DNA of 50,655 nucleotides from a virus (Duplodnaviria; Caudoviricetes): IMG/VR virus record IMGVR_UViG_3300021338_000005, positions 1 to 50,655 of that record; one strand, 5' to 3'. Shown piece by piece: positions 37,022 to 46,120 of this stretch (position 1 is its first letter; each line of letters starts with the position of its first letter). The notes under the pieces were generated by a model. It saw only the letters and a program-made list of their open reading frames with translations, ran no database searches and was not told where the DNA came from. The position numbers and the translations under genes were made by a program.

Positions 37022-38023
37022 TCAGACTATTAAACTTCCTTTTAATTCTGCAAATCTTGGCTTTACCATTGTGAAAACACCTTCATTTACACCATAGAAG
37101 TCATGGCTTAAATTCCAAAGATTATCTTTTCTACATCGTTCCATCTCTTGAATACATAAATCATACTTTTGTTGACCATGTGCAATATATGAATAATCAA
37201 TCTCTATTACAGAAACTTCACCTTTAGCATCATACACCATTATAAAATATTGAACATTTTTATCAAGCCCTAATATGTTTATAGCTTTAGTGTACATTCC
37301 AGCTTGTAAATCATAATGAAGCTCTTTAAAATCCCATTGAAACTTGTTTATGTCCGAGCTTGTACTCTTATATTTTAAATCCATTATAAAGCCTTTTCCT
37401 CTAACATCTAAAAAACCTTTAAACTTATAGCCTTTGTATTCCCATTCTAACTTCTCTTGTATTGTATCAGCTCTTTCTAAAAAGCTTTTAGCAGTAGGGT
37501 TATTTAAAACACTTTCTTTTATTGATTTAGCTTTATCTAAATCAGATTGAGAAATAACATCAAGCCCTAACTTCTTGCTATTAATGTATTTCTCTAAACC
37601 TAGATATGTTTTTTCTGCATCACCTCTTTTATAATTATTATTAAAAGCTTCTTCCTTGCTCATTCCATCTAAAAAGTCAGAAACAAAACCTAGTTGATTG
37701 TCAGTAGATGGTACTGAATCTAATACTATAAAGTTTTTATCAAAGTCTTCTGGTGTTAAAATCAAACAATCTAACAATGAGCCAAATATCATTGATGGAG
37801 ATTTTACAAACTTATTTAACTTATAATTAATAAAGTTTTTAGGTGTTTTATAAAATTGTTTTAAAGAAGAGTAACTTAATGTCTCTTCTTTTTTTTGCAA
37901 TCTACCTATAAGTTTGTAATATTCACTTGGTTCTTCTTGTTGAATCTTTTCTATCTCTTGTTCTTCTATGTATTTTGACTCTATTTCCCTATGTTCTATA
38001 AACTCTTGTTTACTTGCTCCCAT
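37022..38023 (-). CDS. PD-(D/E)XK exonuclease (RecE/Exo VIII-like)
   Basis: LSYSSLK, FGSLLD, KGFLD..IMDLK, YDLQAGMY. Confidence 0.85.
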   Translation of the reverse strand: MGASKQEFIEHREIESKYIEEQEIEKIQQEEPSEYYKLIGRLQKKEETLSYSSLKQFYKTPKNFINYKLNKFVKSPSMIFGSLLDCLILTPEDFDKNFIVLDSVPSTDNQLGFVSDFLDGMSKEEAFNNNYKRGDAEKTYLGLEKYINSKKLGLDVISQSDLDKAKSIKESVLNNPTAKSFLERADTIQEKLEWEYKGYKFKGFLDVRGKGFIMDLKYKSTSSDINKFQWDFKELHYDLQAGMYTKAINILGLDKNVQYFIMVYDAKGEVSVIEIDYSYIAHGQQKYDLCIQEMERCRKDNLWNLSHDFYGVNEGVFTMVKPRFAELKGSLIV

Positions 38024-38025
38024 AT

Positions 38026-38535
38026 CTATTTTATTAATGAATTATACTTAGTTTCTTGTTCTGGTGTTAAATCAAATCTTTTCTTTAACTCTTCTAAAGG
38101 TGTTTTCTTTTTAGCTTCTTCTTGTGCTATTTTAGAAGTTAGTTTTTTCTTTGAATTATCTAAACTATCAACTTCTTTAGTGTCATCAATTAAAAACAAT
38201 CCATTTAAAGCATATTTTCTAGCGTATGAACTACTACTGCCGAAACTTTGAGCTATATCCATACCTTTACGATTTGGGTTAATTCCAGCTTGTGCTTTTA
38301 CTATTATAGGTTCGTGTTTATCTAAATGAGAAAATACAACAGTCGATTCTATAAATATAAGCTCCCCTACTTGCTTAACTTCATCTGTAATAGTTAAATT
38401 AGCATCATACTTAACTAATAAAGGTTTAACAGCTTCTAGTATATCCTCACAACTTCTATAATTGTATTTACCAAAAGTATTCATTTGATTTTTAGGAGCT
38501 TTTAACTCTTCTTGTATCTTAATTAAACTTTTCAT
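38026..38535 (-). CDS. erf: ERF-family single-strand annealing protein
   Basis: APKNQMNTFGKYNYRSCEDI..AQSFGSSSSYARKYAL. Confidence 0.92.
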   Translation of the reverse strand: MKSLIKIQEELKAPKNQMNTFGKYNYRSCEDILEAVKPLLVKYDANLTITDEVKQVGELIFIESTVVFSHLDKHEPIIVKAQAGINPNRKGMDIAQSFGSSSSYARKYALNGLFLIDDTKEVDSLDNSKKKLTSKIAQEEAKKKTPLEELKKRFDLTPEQETKYNSLIK

Positions 38536-38538
38536 AAC

Positions 38539-38748
38539 CTATCTATTAAATTCAAATATTTGCTCTGTTAATTCTCTAGCTTCTAATCCTTTGTACTTTG
38601 CTATTTTACAAACATCTGATACAGTTAAAGATAAATAACCGTTATCTATATGTTTATTCAAAGTAGAATAACTATAACCAGTTATATCTAACAACTCTTT
38701 TCTCTTAATACCTAGTAATGGTATTGTGTGTTTACCTTTTGTTTCCAT
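38539..38748 (-). CDS. small HTH DNA-binding protein
   Basis: KRKELLDITGYSYSTLNKHI; promoter box TAACTTTG at 38778-38771. Confidence 0.7.
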   Translation of the reverse strand: METKGKHTIPLLGIKRKELLDITGYSYSTLNKHIDNGYLSLTVSDVCKIAKYKGLEARELTEQIFEFNR

Positions 38749-38812
38749 AATTTATAAAATTTAATTTTAGCAAAGTTAAAACTATTTTTTAAATATGCAA
38801 AAATATTTTAAA

Positions 38813-38886
38813 TAAAAAACCTCCCTACATATTAAGTAAGGAGGTCAAAACTAAAATTATGAATAAAGCTCGGAATAAAAGAGCTA
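38813..38886 (-). ncRNA. putative small RNA between divergent promoters
   Basis: Promoter box TATATTTG 38896-38889; 5' hairpin AGCUC/GAGCU; terminator ACCUCCUUAC/GUAGGGAGGU plus U-run. Confidence 0.55.
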
Positions 38887-38958
38887 GACAAATATATGTA
38901 TAAAAATAATTAAAAAATAAAAAAAGTTAAAAAAAGTTGTGAACTTAAAAAAGTTTGT

Positions 38959-38966
38959 TAACTTTG
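38959..38966 (+). promoter_or_regulatory. promoter -7 box
   Basis: TAACTTTG before the MazG-like gene. Confidence 0.7.
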
Positions 38967-38992
38967 CGGTATAAATTTATAAAAAACAAACT

Positions 38993-39385
38993 ATGAAAGA
39001 CTTTGAAAAACTAAATGAATTAGTTATTGAATGGGCTAAAGAAAAAGGAATACTTGAAAAAGCTACTTCTTTAACTCAAATGAAAAAAACTATTGAAGAG
39101 GTAGAAGAAACAAGAGATGCTTTATTTGCTAAACAAAATAACTTAGAAACTTTTATTAACTCTAAAGGTCAAGTTAAGAATACTAAAGAAGAAATAAAAG
39201 ACGGCTTTGGGGATATTTTAGTAACTATATTAATAGGTTGTGAAATGCAAAAATTAAACCCTTTAGATTGTCTTGAAACAGCTTATAATGTTATAAGTAA
39301 AAGAAAAGGTGTAATGAAAGATGGAATATTTGTTAAAGAAGATGAAAACCAAATAAGTATATTAGATGTTGAAGGTGTTAAATAA
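38993..39385 (+). CDS. MazG-like nucleotide pyrophosphohydrolase
   Basis: QMKKTIEEVEE..IKDGFGDILVT..AYNVISKRKG. Confidence 0.85.
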   Translation: MKDFEKLNELVIEWAKEKGILEKATSLTQMKKTIEEVEETRDALFAKQNNLETFINSKGQVKNTKEEIKDGFGDILVTILIGCEMQKLNPLDCLETAYNVISKRKGVMKDGIFVKEDENQISILDVEGVK

Positions 39386-39410
39386 TTAAAATACTTTAAA
39401 ACATTTTTAA

Positions 39411-39519
39411 TATATTTGCTTTGTGTTCAGTCTCACATTATAGAACACTATAAGAAATTTTAATTGCCTTTATAATGATTTAAGCCGTGAGACTCTTAAT
39501 GATTTATAAAGGCTTTTTT
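39411..39519 (+). promoter_or_regulatory. promoter, leader hairpin and terminator with complementary loops
   Basis: TATATTTG; GTGTTC-[AGTCTCAC]..GAACAC; GCCTTTATAA..[GTGAGACT]..TTATAAAGGC followed by T-run. Confidence 0.7.
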
Positions 39520-39560
39520 ATTTACTAAAAGTTTACGGTAAACTTAAAACCGTTATTATT

Positions 39561-39779
39561 ATGGAAAAACCGAAAGTTAAGTTAAATTTTATGTGCAGTT
39601 CTGATGATGGAACTTTTATAAAAATAGATACACAAAATAATCAAATTAGATTACAAGTTATAGATAGTAACTTAAACGATACTGAATGTGTGTTTTTGAC
39701 AATTCCAACAGCTATTAAACTACATAAAACATTAAGAAGTGAAATAGCTAAAATAAAGGAAGGAGGTCAAAATGGCTAA
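39561..39779 (+). CDS. hypothetical protein
   Basis: ORF after leader. Confidence 0.75.
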   Translation: MEKPKVKLNFMCSSDDGTFIKIDTQNNQIRLQVIDSNLNDTECVFLTIPTAIKLHKTLRSEIAKIKEGGQNG

Positions 39780-40500
39780 GTTAAGAAGCGTATCGACTGC
39801 CTTCTGGTCAGACCCATTCATTGAAGATTTAACACCTAATCATAAGTTATTATTTTTGTATTTAGTTACAAATGAGAAAACTAATATGTTAGGAATTTAT
39901 GAATCTTCAATTAAGAAAATTTCTTTTGAAACGGGCTTAAAAAAAGATGATGTTTTAAAGGGTTTGAAAGAGTTCGAAAGGGTTAATAAAGTAAAATACA
40001 TTAATAACTATGTTATACTTATTAATTTTATGAAACATCAGAAATTTAACACAAACATGAAGAAGTCAGCAATAGATATTTATAATAATTTACCTAAAGA
40101 ACTGAAAGACAGTACTATTACAGTTTGTAAATCTAATCCTTCTAAAGGGTTTGAAAGCCTTTTAAAGTGTTTCGGTATGGTTTCTAAAATAGAAATAGAA
40201 GATGAAATAGAAACTAAAGAAGAAGTTAAAAAAGAAGATAAAGATATATTATCGGATTTTAAAAAATCCTTGCAACCATTTTTAGATAAGTATGGAAAAG
40301 AAATGTTAAATGATTTTTATTTGTATTGGACTGAAAAAGGAGAAAGAGAAAAGAAATACAGATGGCAGAAACAAAAAACATGGGATTTGTCAAGACGTTT
40401 GCAAAGATGGGATAAAAATAATTACAATAGTACTAAAAAAGACCCTAAGCAAATGACAATAGCAGAAAAAAAAGCTTCATTACCTAAATTAGTATTTTAA
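39772..40500 (+). CDS. replication initiator / replisome organiser
   Basis: FWSDPFIEDL..KLLFLYLVTN..GIY winged-helix N-terminus; FYLYWTE..TWDLSRRLQRW. Confidence 0.75.
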   Translation: MAKLRSVSTAFWSDPFIEDLTPNHKLLFLYLVTNEKTNMLGIYESSIKKISFETGLKKDDVLKGLKEFERVNKVKYINNYVILINFMKHQKFNTNMKKSAIDIYNNLPKELKDSTITVCKSNPSKGFESLLKCFGMVSKIEIEDEIETKEEVKKEDKDILSDFKKSLQPFLDKYGKEMLNDFYLYWTEKGEREKKYRWQKQKTWDLSRRLQRWDKNNYNSTKKDPKQMTIAEKKASLPKLVF

Positions 40501-40510
40501 AAACAAAACT

Positions 40511-42343
40511 ATGTACACATTTTTAGATTGGTCAGAATTAGATGTAGGTAATAAATCTACTGGTAAGAAAAAAACAACTTGCCCTAACTGTTCGGAAGAT
40601 AGAAAAAAGAAAAAAGATAAATGTTTAACTATTTATTTAGATACTGGAACAGCTAAATGTTATCATTGTGGAGCATTAAGCTTTAGAGAAGAAAAAACAG
40701 AAGAAACTCACAAAAGAGAATATAAACTACCTGTTCAACAATGGCAAAATTATACTTCACTTTCTGAAAGTATTGTTAAGTACTTCAAAGAAAGGGGGAT
40801 TAGTCAAAGTACTTTAGTAGATTTTAGTATAACTGAAGAAAAAAAATACCAACCTCAAGCAAACAAAGAGCGTAATAATATAGTTTTTAATTACTTTGAA
40901 CGTGATATTTTAGTGAACAAGAAGTATAGAAGCGCAAAAAAGGAGTTTACACAAAGCGCAGGAACTAAAAATATTTTCTATAATATTAATTCAATAGTAG
41001 GTCAAAAAGAAGCTTATATAGTTGAAGGAGAGATAGATTGTTTGTCATTACACGAAATAGGAATAAAAAACGTTATAAGTGTGCCTAATGGAGCTAATGA
41101 TAATGATGATGTTTGGGAAAACTCAAAAGAATATTTAGATACTGTTGAAAAATTCATTATTGCAGTTGATAATGATGAGAAAGGGAAGCAACTAAAAGAA
41201 AATATAGCACAACGCTTAGGTCGATACAGATGCGAGTTTATAGACTTTGAAACTGGTAAAGATGCAAATGAATGTTTAGTTAAAGGAACATTAGAAGATG
41301 AGGTTAAGAACAAAAAAAGATTTCCAGTAAGTGGTACATTCTCAACAATGGATTTAAAAGATTCGATTTTAGAGCTTTACTCAAACGGTTTACCTCCTAC
41401 TATCAAAATACAAAATAAATGCTTTAAATCGCATGAAAAGGACTTTAACGACGTATTTAGTGTTATGCGTGGTCATCTAGTTACAATAACTGGTATTCCT
41501 TCTCATGGAAAATCTAATTTTTCAGAGTGGTACGCCTTGAATTTGCTTAATGATAATAACATGAAGTTAAGTTTTTTTAGTCCAGAGCATAACCCTATGG
41601 CATTACATCAGGCTAATTTTATTCAGAAAGCAGTAGGTAAACCTTTTTTTAAAGATATGGATGGAGTTAAAAAATGTACTAAAGAAGATGTTGAGCGTTA
41701 CTGTAGTTGGGCAAATGGTAGACTTTATTTAACTTCACAAGACGAGGGTAAAACTCCTAGTTGGAAATGGGTGTTAGAAAAATTTAAAGAACAAATGTTT
41801 AGTTTTGGAGTGGATTGTTTTTTTATAGATGCTTTTAACAAGGTTAAGTTACCTAGAGGCATGAATAAAATTGATGCTATTAACGATGTTTTAACAGATT
41901 TAACTAACTTTGCTCAAACATATAATGTAGTTGTTTTCTTAGTTGCTCATCCTACAAAGATGCGTAAGAATGATTCAGGACTTTACGAACAACCAACTTT
42001 ATACGATGTTTCAGGAAGTTCAGATTTTAGAAATCAAACACATGACGGTTTTGGTATTTACAGGTATTTTGATACTCCTGATGAAAAAGGTTATACTACT
42101 TTTACCAATCTTAAAACAAAGATGAGTTTTCAAGGAGAGATAGGTGCTAACTTTGATTTTGAATTTGATATACCAACAGGACGTTATTACGCTAAAGGTA
42201 CACAAGTTGACAGAACAGATTTAACACTGCCAAAAGAAGAACAGAAAAGCTTATATGAAGAACCAAAAGAAATAGAAATGAAGCCTTTAACTCCTGATAT
42301 GACAAGTTTTGAAGATGAGGATGATGGGTTTATGCCTTTTTAA
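40511..42343 (+). CDS. primase-helicase (T7 gp4/Twinkle-like)
   Basis: CPNC..CYHC zinc finger, TOPRIM EGEID/DND, Walker A GIPSHGKS, VAHPTK, SGS. Confidence 0.93.
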   Translation: MYTFLDWSELDVGNKSTGKKKTTCPNCSEDRKKKKDKCLTIYLDTGTAKCYHCGALSFREEKTEETHKREYKLPVQQWQNYTSLSESIVKYFKERGISQSTLVDFSITEEKKYQPQANKERNNIVFNYFERDILVNKKYRSAKKEFTQSAGTKNIFYNINSIVGQKEAYIVEGEIDCLSLHEIGIKNVISVPNGANDNDDVWENSKEYLDTVEKFIIAVDNDEKGKQLKENIAQRLGRYRCEFIDFETGKDANECLVKGTLEDEVKNKKRFPVSGTFSTMDLKDSILELYSNGLPPTIKIQNKCFKSHEKDFNDVFSVMRGHLVTITGIPSHGKSNFSEWYALNLLNDNNMKLSFFSPEHNPMALHQANFIQKAVGKPFFKDMDGVKKCTKEDVERYCSWANGRLYLTSQDEGKTPSWKWVLEKFKEQMFSFGVDCFFIDAFNKVKLPRGMNKIDAINDVLTDLTNFAQTYNVVVFLVAHPTKMRKNDSGLYEQPTLYDVSGSSDFRNQTHDGFGIYRYFDTPDEKGYTTFTNLKTKMSFQGEIGANFDFEFDIPTGRYYAKGTQVDRTDLTLPKEEQKSLYEEPKEIEMKPLTPDMTSFEDEDDGFMPF

Positions 42344-42355
42344 ACAATTAGAACT

Positions 42356-42613
42356 ATGCAACAAATAACACCAGCAGACTATACAGATTTAATAGAACAG
42401 ATAAATAGATTACATAATTTTGATGAGTATTTAAAGGATTGGGTATTACAAATTAATAAAAATATGCAAATTACTTGTTTAAATGAATTTGAATTATTAA
42501 GTTTGTTAAAAGAAAAGAAACATGACAAGTTAGCTATTAAATTAAAAGTATTGATTGAAACTAGAGATTTGTTACATCATTATAGACATGATAGAAAGTT
42601 GAATTTTATGTAA
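42356..42613 (+). CDS. hypothetical protein
   Basis: Stop codon lies in TAAC of attC-like arm. Confidence 0.7.
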   Translation: MQQITPADYTDLIEQINRLHNFDEYLKDWVLQINKNMQITCLNEFELLSLLKEKKHDKLAIKLKVLIETRDLLHHYRHDRKLNFM

Positions 42614-42856
42614 CGGTCTAGTATAGGCACAATACAAGCACAGGCAAATATACATTATTAGGTTTTAGTATGGATAGATAAATACAAATTTTAATATTAT
42701 GAAAAACATTAGTAAAAATGGAACAAAGTAAAATACAAGAATTAGCAATAGAACTTTGGTGTGATTTTGCAGATGAAAGCGACGGTTTTGAAACAACAAT
42801 GAATTACGACTCTTTTATAAAAGCAATGCACAAAGCATTAACTACACCAGTTGTTA
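42611..42856. repeat. attC-like imperfect inverted repeat enclosing an ORF start
   Basis: TAAC-ggt-CTAGTATAG (42611-42626) ... CTACACCAG-tt-GTTA (42842-42856). Confidence 0.5.
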
Positions 42857-42981
42857 TGCAATCATGCGATACTTGCAAACATTTAAGTAATTGCAGATTT
42901 TGGCAAGAAGCACCAAACAATGGAGCAACTTGTAAATTTTATATTGAGTATGTTAGAAAACAAACGGATAAAGAACAATAA
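42718..42981 (+). CDS. hypothetical protein with Cys-rich C-terminus
   Basis: ALTTPVVMQS-CDTCKH..C..C. Confidence 0.7.
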   Translation: MEQSKIQELAIELWCDFADESDGFETTMNYDSFIKAMHKALTTPVVMQSCDTCKHLSNCRFWQEAPNNGATCKFYIEYVRKQTDKEQ

Positions 42982-43002
42982 ACGAACTGTACATTGAAAA
43001 TC

Positions 43003-43365
43003 ATGAAAAACATATTTAAAATACTTATATTAATACCTTTATTCGCAACAGCCCAAACAACTGATAGCGTTTACAACTACCTACAACAAATAGGAGTTAA
43101 ACACGCTGATATAGTTACAAAGCAAGCGATATTAGAAACTGGACATTTTAAGTCATATTCTTGTAGGGTTAGAAATAATCTTTTTGGACTAACTAGAAAC
43201 CATAAATTAGAAAGTTTTGATAATTGGATGGATAGTTGCCATGCTTATAAGAATTGGATTCAGTATAAATATAAAGGAGGGTGTTATTACGACTTCCTTT
43301 ATGAGTTAGGATATGCGACTGACCCAAAATACATACAAAAATTACATAAAATAAAACTATTATAA
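43003..43365 (+). CDS. GH73 glucosaminidase with signal peptide
   Basis: QAILETG, NNLFG, GYATDPKY; MKNIFKILILIPLFATAQ. Confidence 0.85.
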   Translation: MKNIFKILILIPLFATAQTTDSVYNYLQQIGVKHADIVTKQAILETGHFKSYSCRVRNNLFGLTRNHKLESFDNWMDSCHAYKNWIQYKYKGGCYYDFLYELGYATDPKYIQKLHKIKLL

Positions 43366-43366
43366 T

Positions 43367-43573
43367 ATGGATTACTTTAAATTTAAAGCCCTTATTGAAG
43401 TTTACGCTTTACAAGTTGAAGCAAAAGGAATGGAGGCTGAAAACAAAGCAAGAGAAATGAAAGGAGAGGCTTTATCTTATGATGAAGAAAGTTTTTATAA
43501 ATTAGCAGAAGAAATAAGAGATGTTTTAGAAAGACATGATAAAGATTTTGAGATTATGTTTCCTAAAAAATAA
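43367..43573 (+). CDS. hypothetical protein
   Basis: ORF in operon. Confidence 0.7.
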   Translation: MDYFKFKALIEVYALQVEAKGMEAENKAREMKGEALSYDEESFYKLAEEIRDVLERHDKDFEIMFPKK

Positions 43574-43698
43574 AACTTTAAAAGTTAAATAAATTTTCAC
43601 TATATTTGCAATAACAAAGACTTAAAAGTGTTTCGTTCTTACATATTTTTATGGTTATACATATAGGTCATTCATTACCTTAGTATTTGTTTATTTTT

Positions 43699-43947
43699 AT
43701 GAGTCACTCAAAGAAAACTATTGAAAAAATAAATTGGCTTGATACTTCTTTATATGCTTTTTGGCGTGGTTGTTACGCATGGGGTCAAGAACATAAAGGA
43801 AATGAAAAGATTAATATGTCAATAGTTGTTAGACTTTTTGCAGATAAATATAAAATAGATGAAGATGAGCATAGTTTAAAGTCTTTAAGAGAACGTTTAA
43901 GCCGTGTTATATATAATTTTGATGATAACCCTTTTAAATGTGATTAA
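43699..43947 (+). CDS. hypothetical protein
   Basis: Promoter box TATATTTG 43601-43608 upstream. Confidence 0.65.
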   Translation: MSHSKKTIEKINWLDTSLYAFWRGCYAWGQEHKGNEKINMSIVVRLFADKYKIDEDEHSLKSLRERLSRVIYNFDDNPFKCD

Positions 43948-44193
43948 ATGGCTTTAGAAGATTTATATTTTGAAATTATTAGACCACCTATGTTATTAGG
44001 TAACATGACTAATGAAGAGTTTTACGATTGGTTGACTCAAGACATAGGGTTAGGAATGGAAATACATTTACTTTCTCTTAAAGCTACTTTAGAACAATTA
44101 GAAGTATTTGAAATGTATGAACATTGCGCTATTGTAAGAGATTACATTAAAAACATAAAAGAAGAACAAAATAAAATTAAAAAAAATGATTAA
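43948..44193 (+). CDS. hypothetical protein with UVR-like C-terminus
   Basis: EMYEHCAIVRD. Confidence 0.65.
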   Translation: MALEDLYFEIIRPPMLLGNMTNEEFYDWLTQDIGLGMEIHLLSLKATLEQLEVFEMYEHCAIVRDYIKNIKEEQNKIKKND

Positions 44194-44473
44194 CGAAACA
44201 ATTAACAACTATCCATTAAGTAAAGCGATTGAATTAGAGGAGTTAAGGAAAGAAAACGAAGAGCTTAGGGATTTAGTTTCAAAAGACGCAGTAATTAGAG
44301 AGATAGTATCACCATTTTCTTATTCAAAAAAAATATTAAAAGAAATAACATTAGATGATTATGATACTGAATTATTTGATAAATACAAAGAGATGTCAAA
44401 TAGATTTTTTGATCTAAGAGAAAGAGTTGAATTACATAACAAAAAGTTTCTATCAAGAAAAATAAAAATATGA
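44186..44473 (+). CDS. hypothetical coiled-coil protein
   Basis: Overlapping operon ORF. Confidence 0.7.
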   Translation: MINETINNYPLSKAIELEELRKENEELRDLVSKDAVIREIVSPFSYSKKILKEITLDDYDTELFDKYKEMSNRFFDLRERVELHNKKFLSRKIKI

Positions 44474-44745
44474 GCAATAAAATACCTACATACTTAGAAT
44501 GGTTTAAACAAAATAAAAGCTTAGGATTTAAACTACTTACTATAACGGCTTTAGTACTACCCTTGATTACTTCTATTTTTATACTACCAACAATAGAAGG
44601 ATATATAAATAAATCAATAGTGTTTTTAATCGTTTTTTGGTTTATGTGTGGAATAGTTTACTTACCTATGAAAGAATATAAGAAGTTATTAAACATAGGA
44701 TGGTTTGATAGAAATGATTATAAAACTAATAAACCTTTAAAATAG
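44470..44745 (+). CDS. membrane protein
   Basis: Two TM helices. Confidence 0.7.
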   Translation: MSNKIPTYLEWFKQNKSLGFKLLTITALVLPLITSIFILPTIEGYINKSIVFLIVFWFMCGIVYLPMKEYKKLLNIGWFDRNDYKTNKPLK

Positions 44746-44803
44746 TTATGTTTTCGTACTGTAAGAGTAAGACTAACTAATTGAAAATTAAACAATTATA
44801 AAA

Positions 44804-45016
44804 ATGAAAATATTTAGGATTTTATACATAATACCAGAAGCTTTATTTTTACCTATTCATATTGTAAAGTTTATTATTGAACGTCTAGTTATTTTATATA
44901 CATTGGTTTTCTTTGGAATTGAAGAAGGTACTAAAAGAAAAATAGTAAGAACCTATAAAAAGCTTAACAAACTTGAGTCTATTAGAGAAAGTATTACTAA
45001 AGATTTAAATAACTAA
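44804..45016 (+). CDS. hypothetical membrane-associated protein
   Basis: Hydrophobic N-terminal half. Confidence 0.65.
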   Translation: MKIFRILYIIPEALFLPIHIVKFIIERLVILYTLVFFGIEEGTKRKIVRTYKKLNKLESIRESITKDLNN

Positions 45017-45018
45017 TT

Positions 45019-45468
45019 ATGGCAGCACCTAAAGACAATCAGTTTTGGAAAAGAAGAACAAAACACGGTAGAGATAAAATATTTGCTACTCCAGAAATAA
45101 TGCGTGAAGCTTGCTACGAGTATTTTGAATTCCAAAGCAATAGAGCATGGGAGAAAGTAGAGTATAAGGGTAGTGATGTTATTGAGGTTAGAATACCTAC
45201 TTCACCGCCTTTTACTATGACAGGACTATGTATATTTTTAGGTGTTAACACTAAGTATTTTAATGAGTTCAAGAAGACTTGTGACAATAATTTTTCCGAA
45301 GTCATAGAAGAAATAGAGAATATTATCTATAATCAGAAGTTTGAAGGAGCTAGTGTAGGAGCTTATAACGCTAATATAATAGCTCGTGATTTAGGATTAG
45401 CCGATAAGAAACAAGAAGAGGTTACAAAGAAGAAAATAGTAGTTACAGTTAAGAATGAAGAAGAGTGA
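45019..45468 (+). CDS. terS: terminase small subunit (P22 gp3-like)
   Basis: MAAPKDNQFW..HGR..ACYEYF..MTGLCIFLG..QKFEGA..NANIIARDLGL. Confidence 0.92.
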   Translation: MAAPKDNQFWKRRTKHGRDKIFATPEIMREACYEYFEFQSNRAWEKVEYKGSDVIEVRIPTSPPFTMTGLCIFLGVNTKYFNEFKKTCDNNFSEVIEEIENIIYNQKFEGASVGAYNANIIARDLGLADKKQEEVTKKKIVVTVKNEEE

Positions 45469-45551
45469 TAATTAGTGCTATAAAATCAATAGAACAACAC
45501 TTATTTGAATTTGATTTTTTGCATGGTACTTGTAAATGGTTTTGATAGTAA

Positions 45552-45812
45552 ATGAAATATTTTAGATTAAAAGGAATAAATTATTTTGATAAAGATAGTT
45601 TAGCGAGTAAAGAAGATATATCAGTTTGGTATAAATTCAGACCTAAGTTAAGTATTTGGTTTACTAGGTCAAAAGGTAAAAGTTATTTCCAAAGAAACCC
45701 AGATGAATCTTGGTATGGTGGTAAACCTTTTTATAATGGTTTTTTTATTTACTTACAATTACATATATTTGCAGTTCACATAAATTATAGAAAGTATAGG
45801 TTAAGGTTATGA
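45552..45812 (+). CDS. hypothetical protein
   Basis: ORF. Confidence 0.65.
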   Translation: MKYFRLKGINYFDKDSLASKEDISVWYKFRPKLSIWFTRSKGKSYFQRNPDESWYGGKPFYNGFFIYLQLHIFAVHINYRKYRLRL

Positions 45813-46120
45813 GTAAAATGTATATAGTTAAAACATTTTCTTTTGTTGTGGGTGAACATGATGTTGTTGACTTGTTTGTTACAAAAAATAAGGATTTTGC
45901 AGAAAGTTATGTTAATAGGTTTAATGATATAATGAGTAGGTATAAACAGTTTTACAAAACTTTAGAAGAACATGAGTACCCAGATTTATTGAAAGAACCT
46001 GATTTTATAGACGATGATATATATTATGTATTGTCAGAAGAAAATGACAATTTTTTCGATAGGTGGCATAAGTTAAATAATTTTATAAGATGTTATTTCG
46101 AAGAAATAGAAGTTAGATGA
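45809..46120 (+). CDS. hypothetical protein
   Basis: ATGA overlap. Confidence 0.7.
   Translation: MSKMYIVKTFSFVVGEHDVVDLFVTKNKDFAESYVNRFNDIMSRYKQFYKTLEEHEYPDLLKEPDFIDDDIYYVLSEENDNFFDRWHKLNNFIRCYFEEIEVR

Noticed and set aside
38993-39385. MazG-like gene as a novelty
   Set aside because: Common in phages; nothing unusual here
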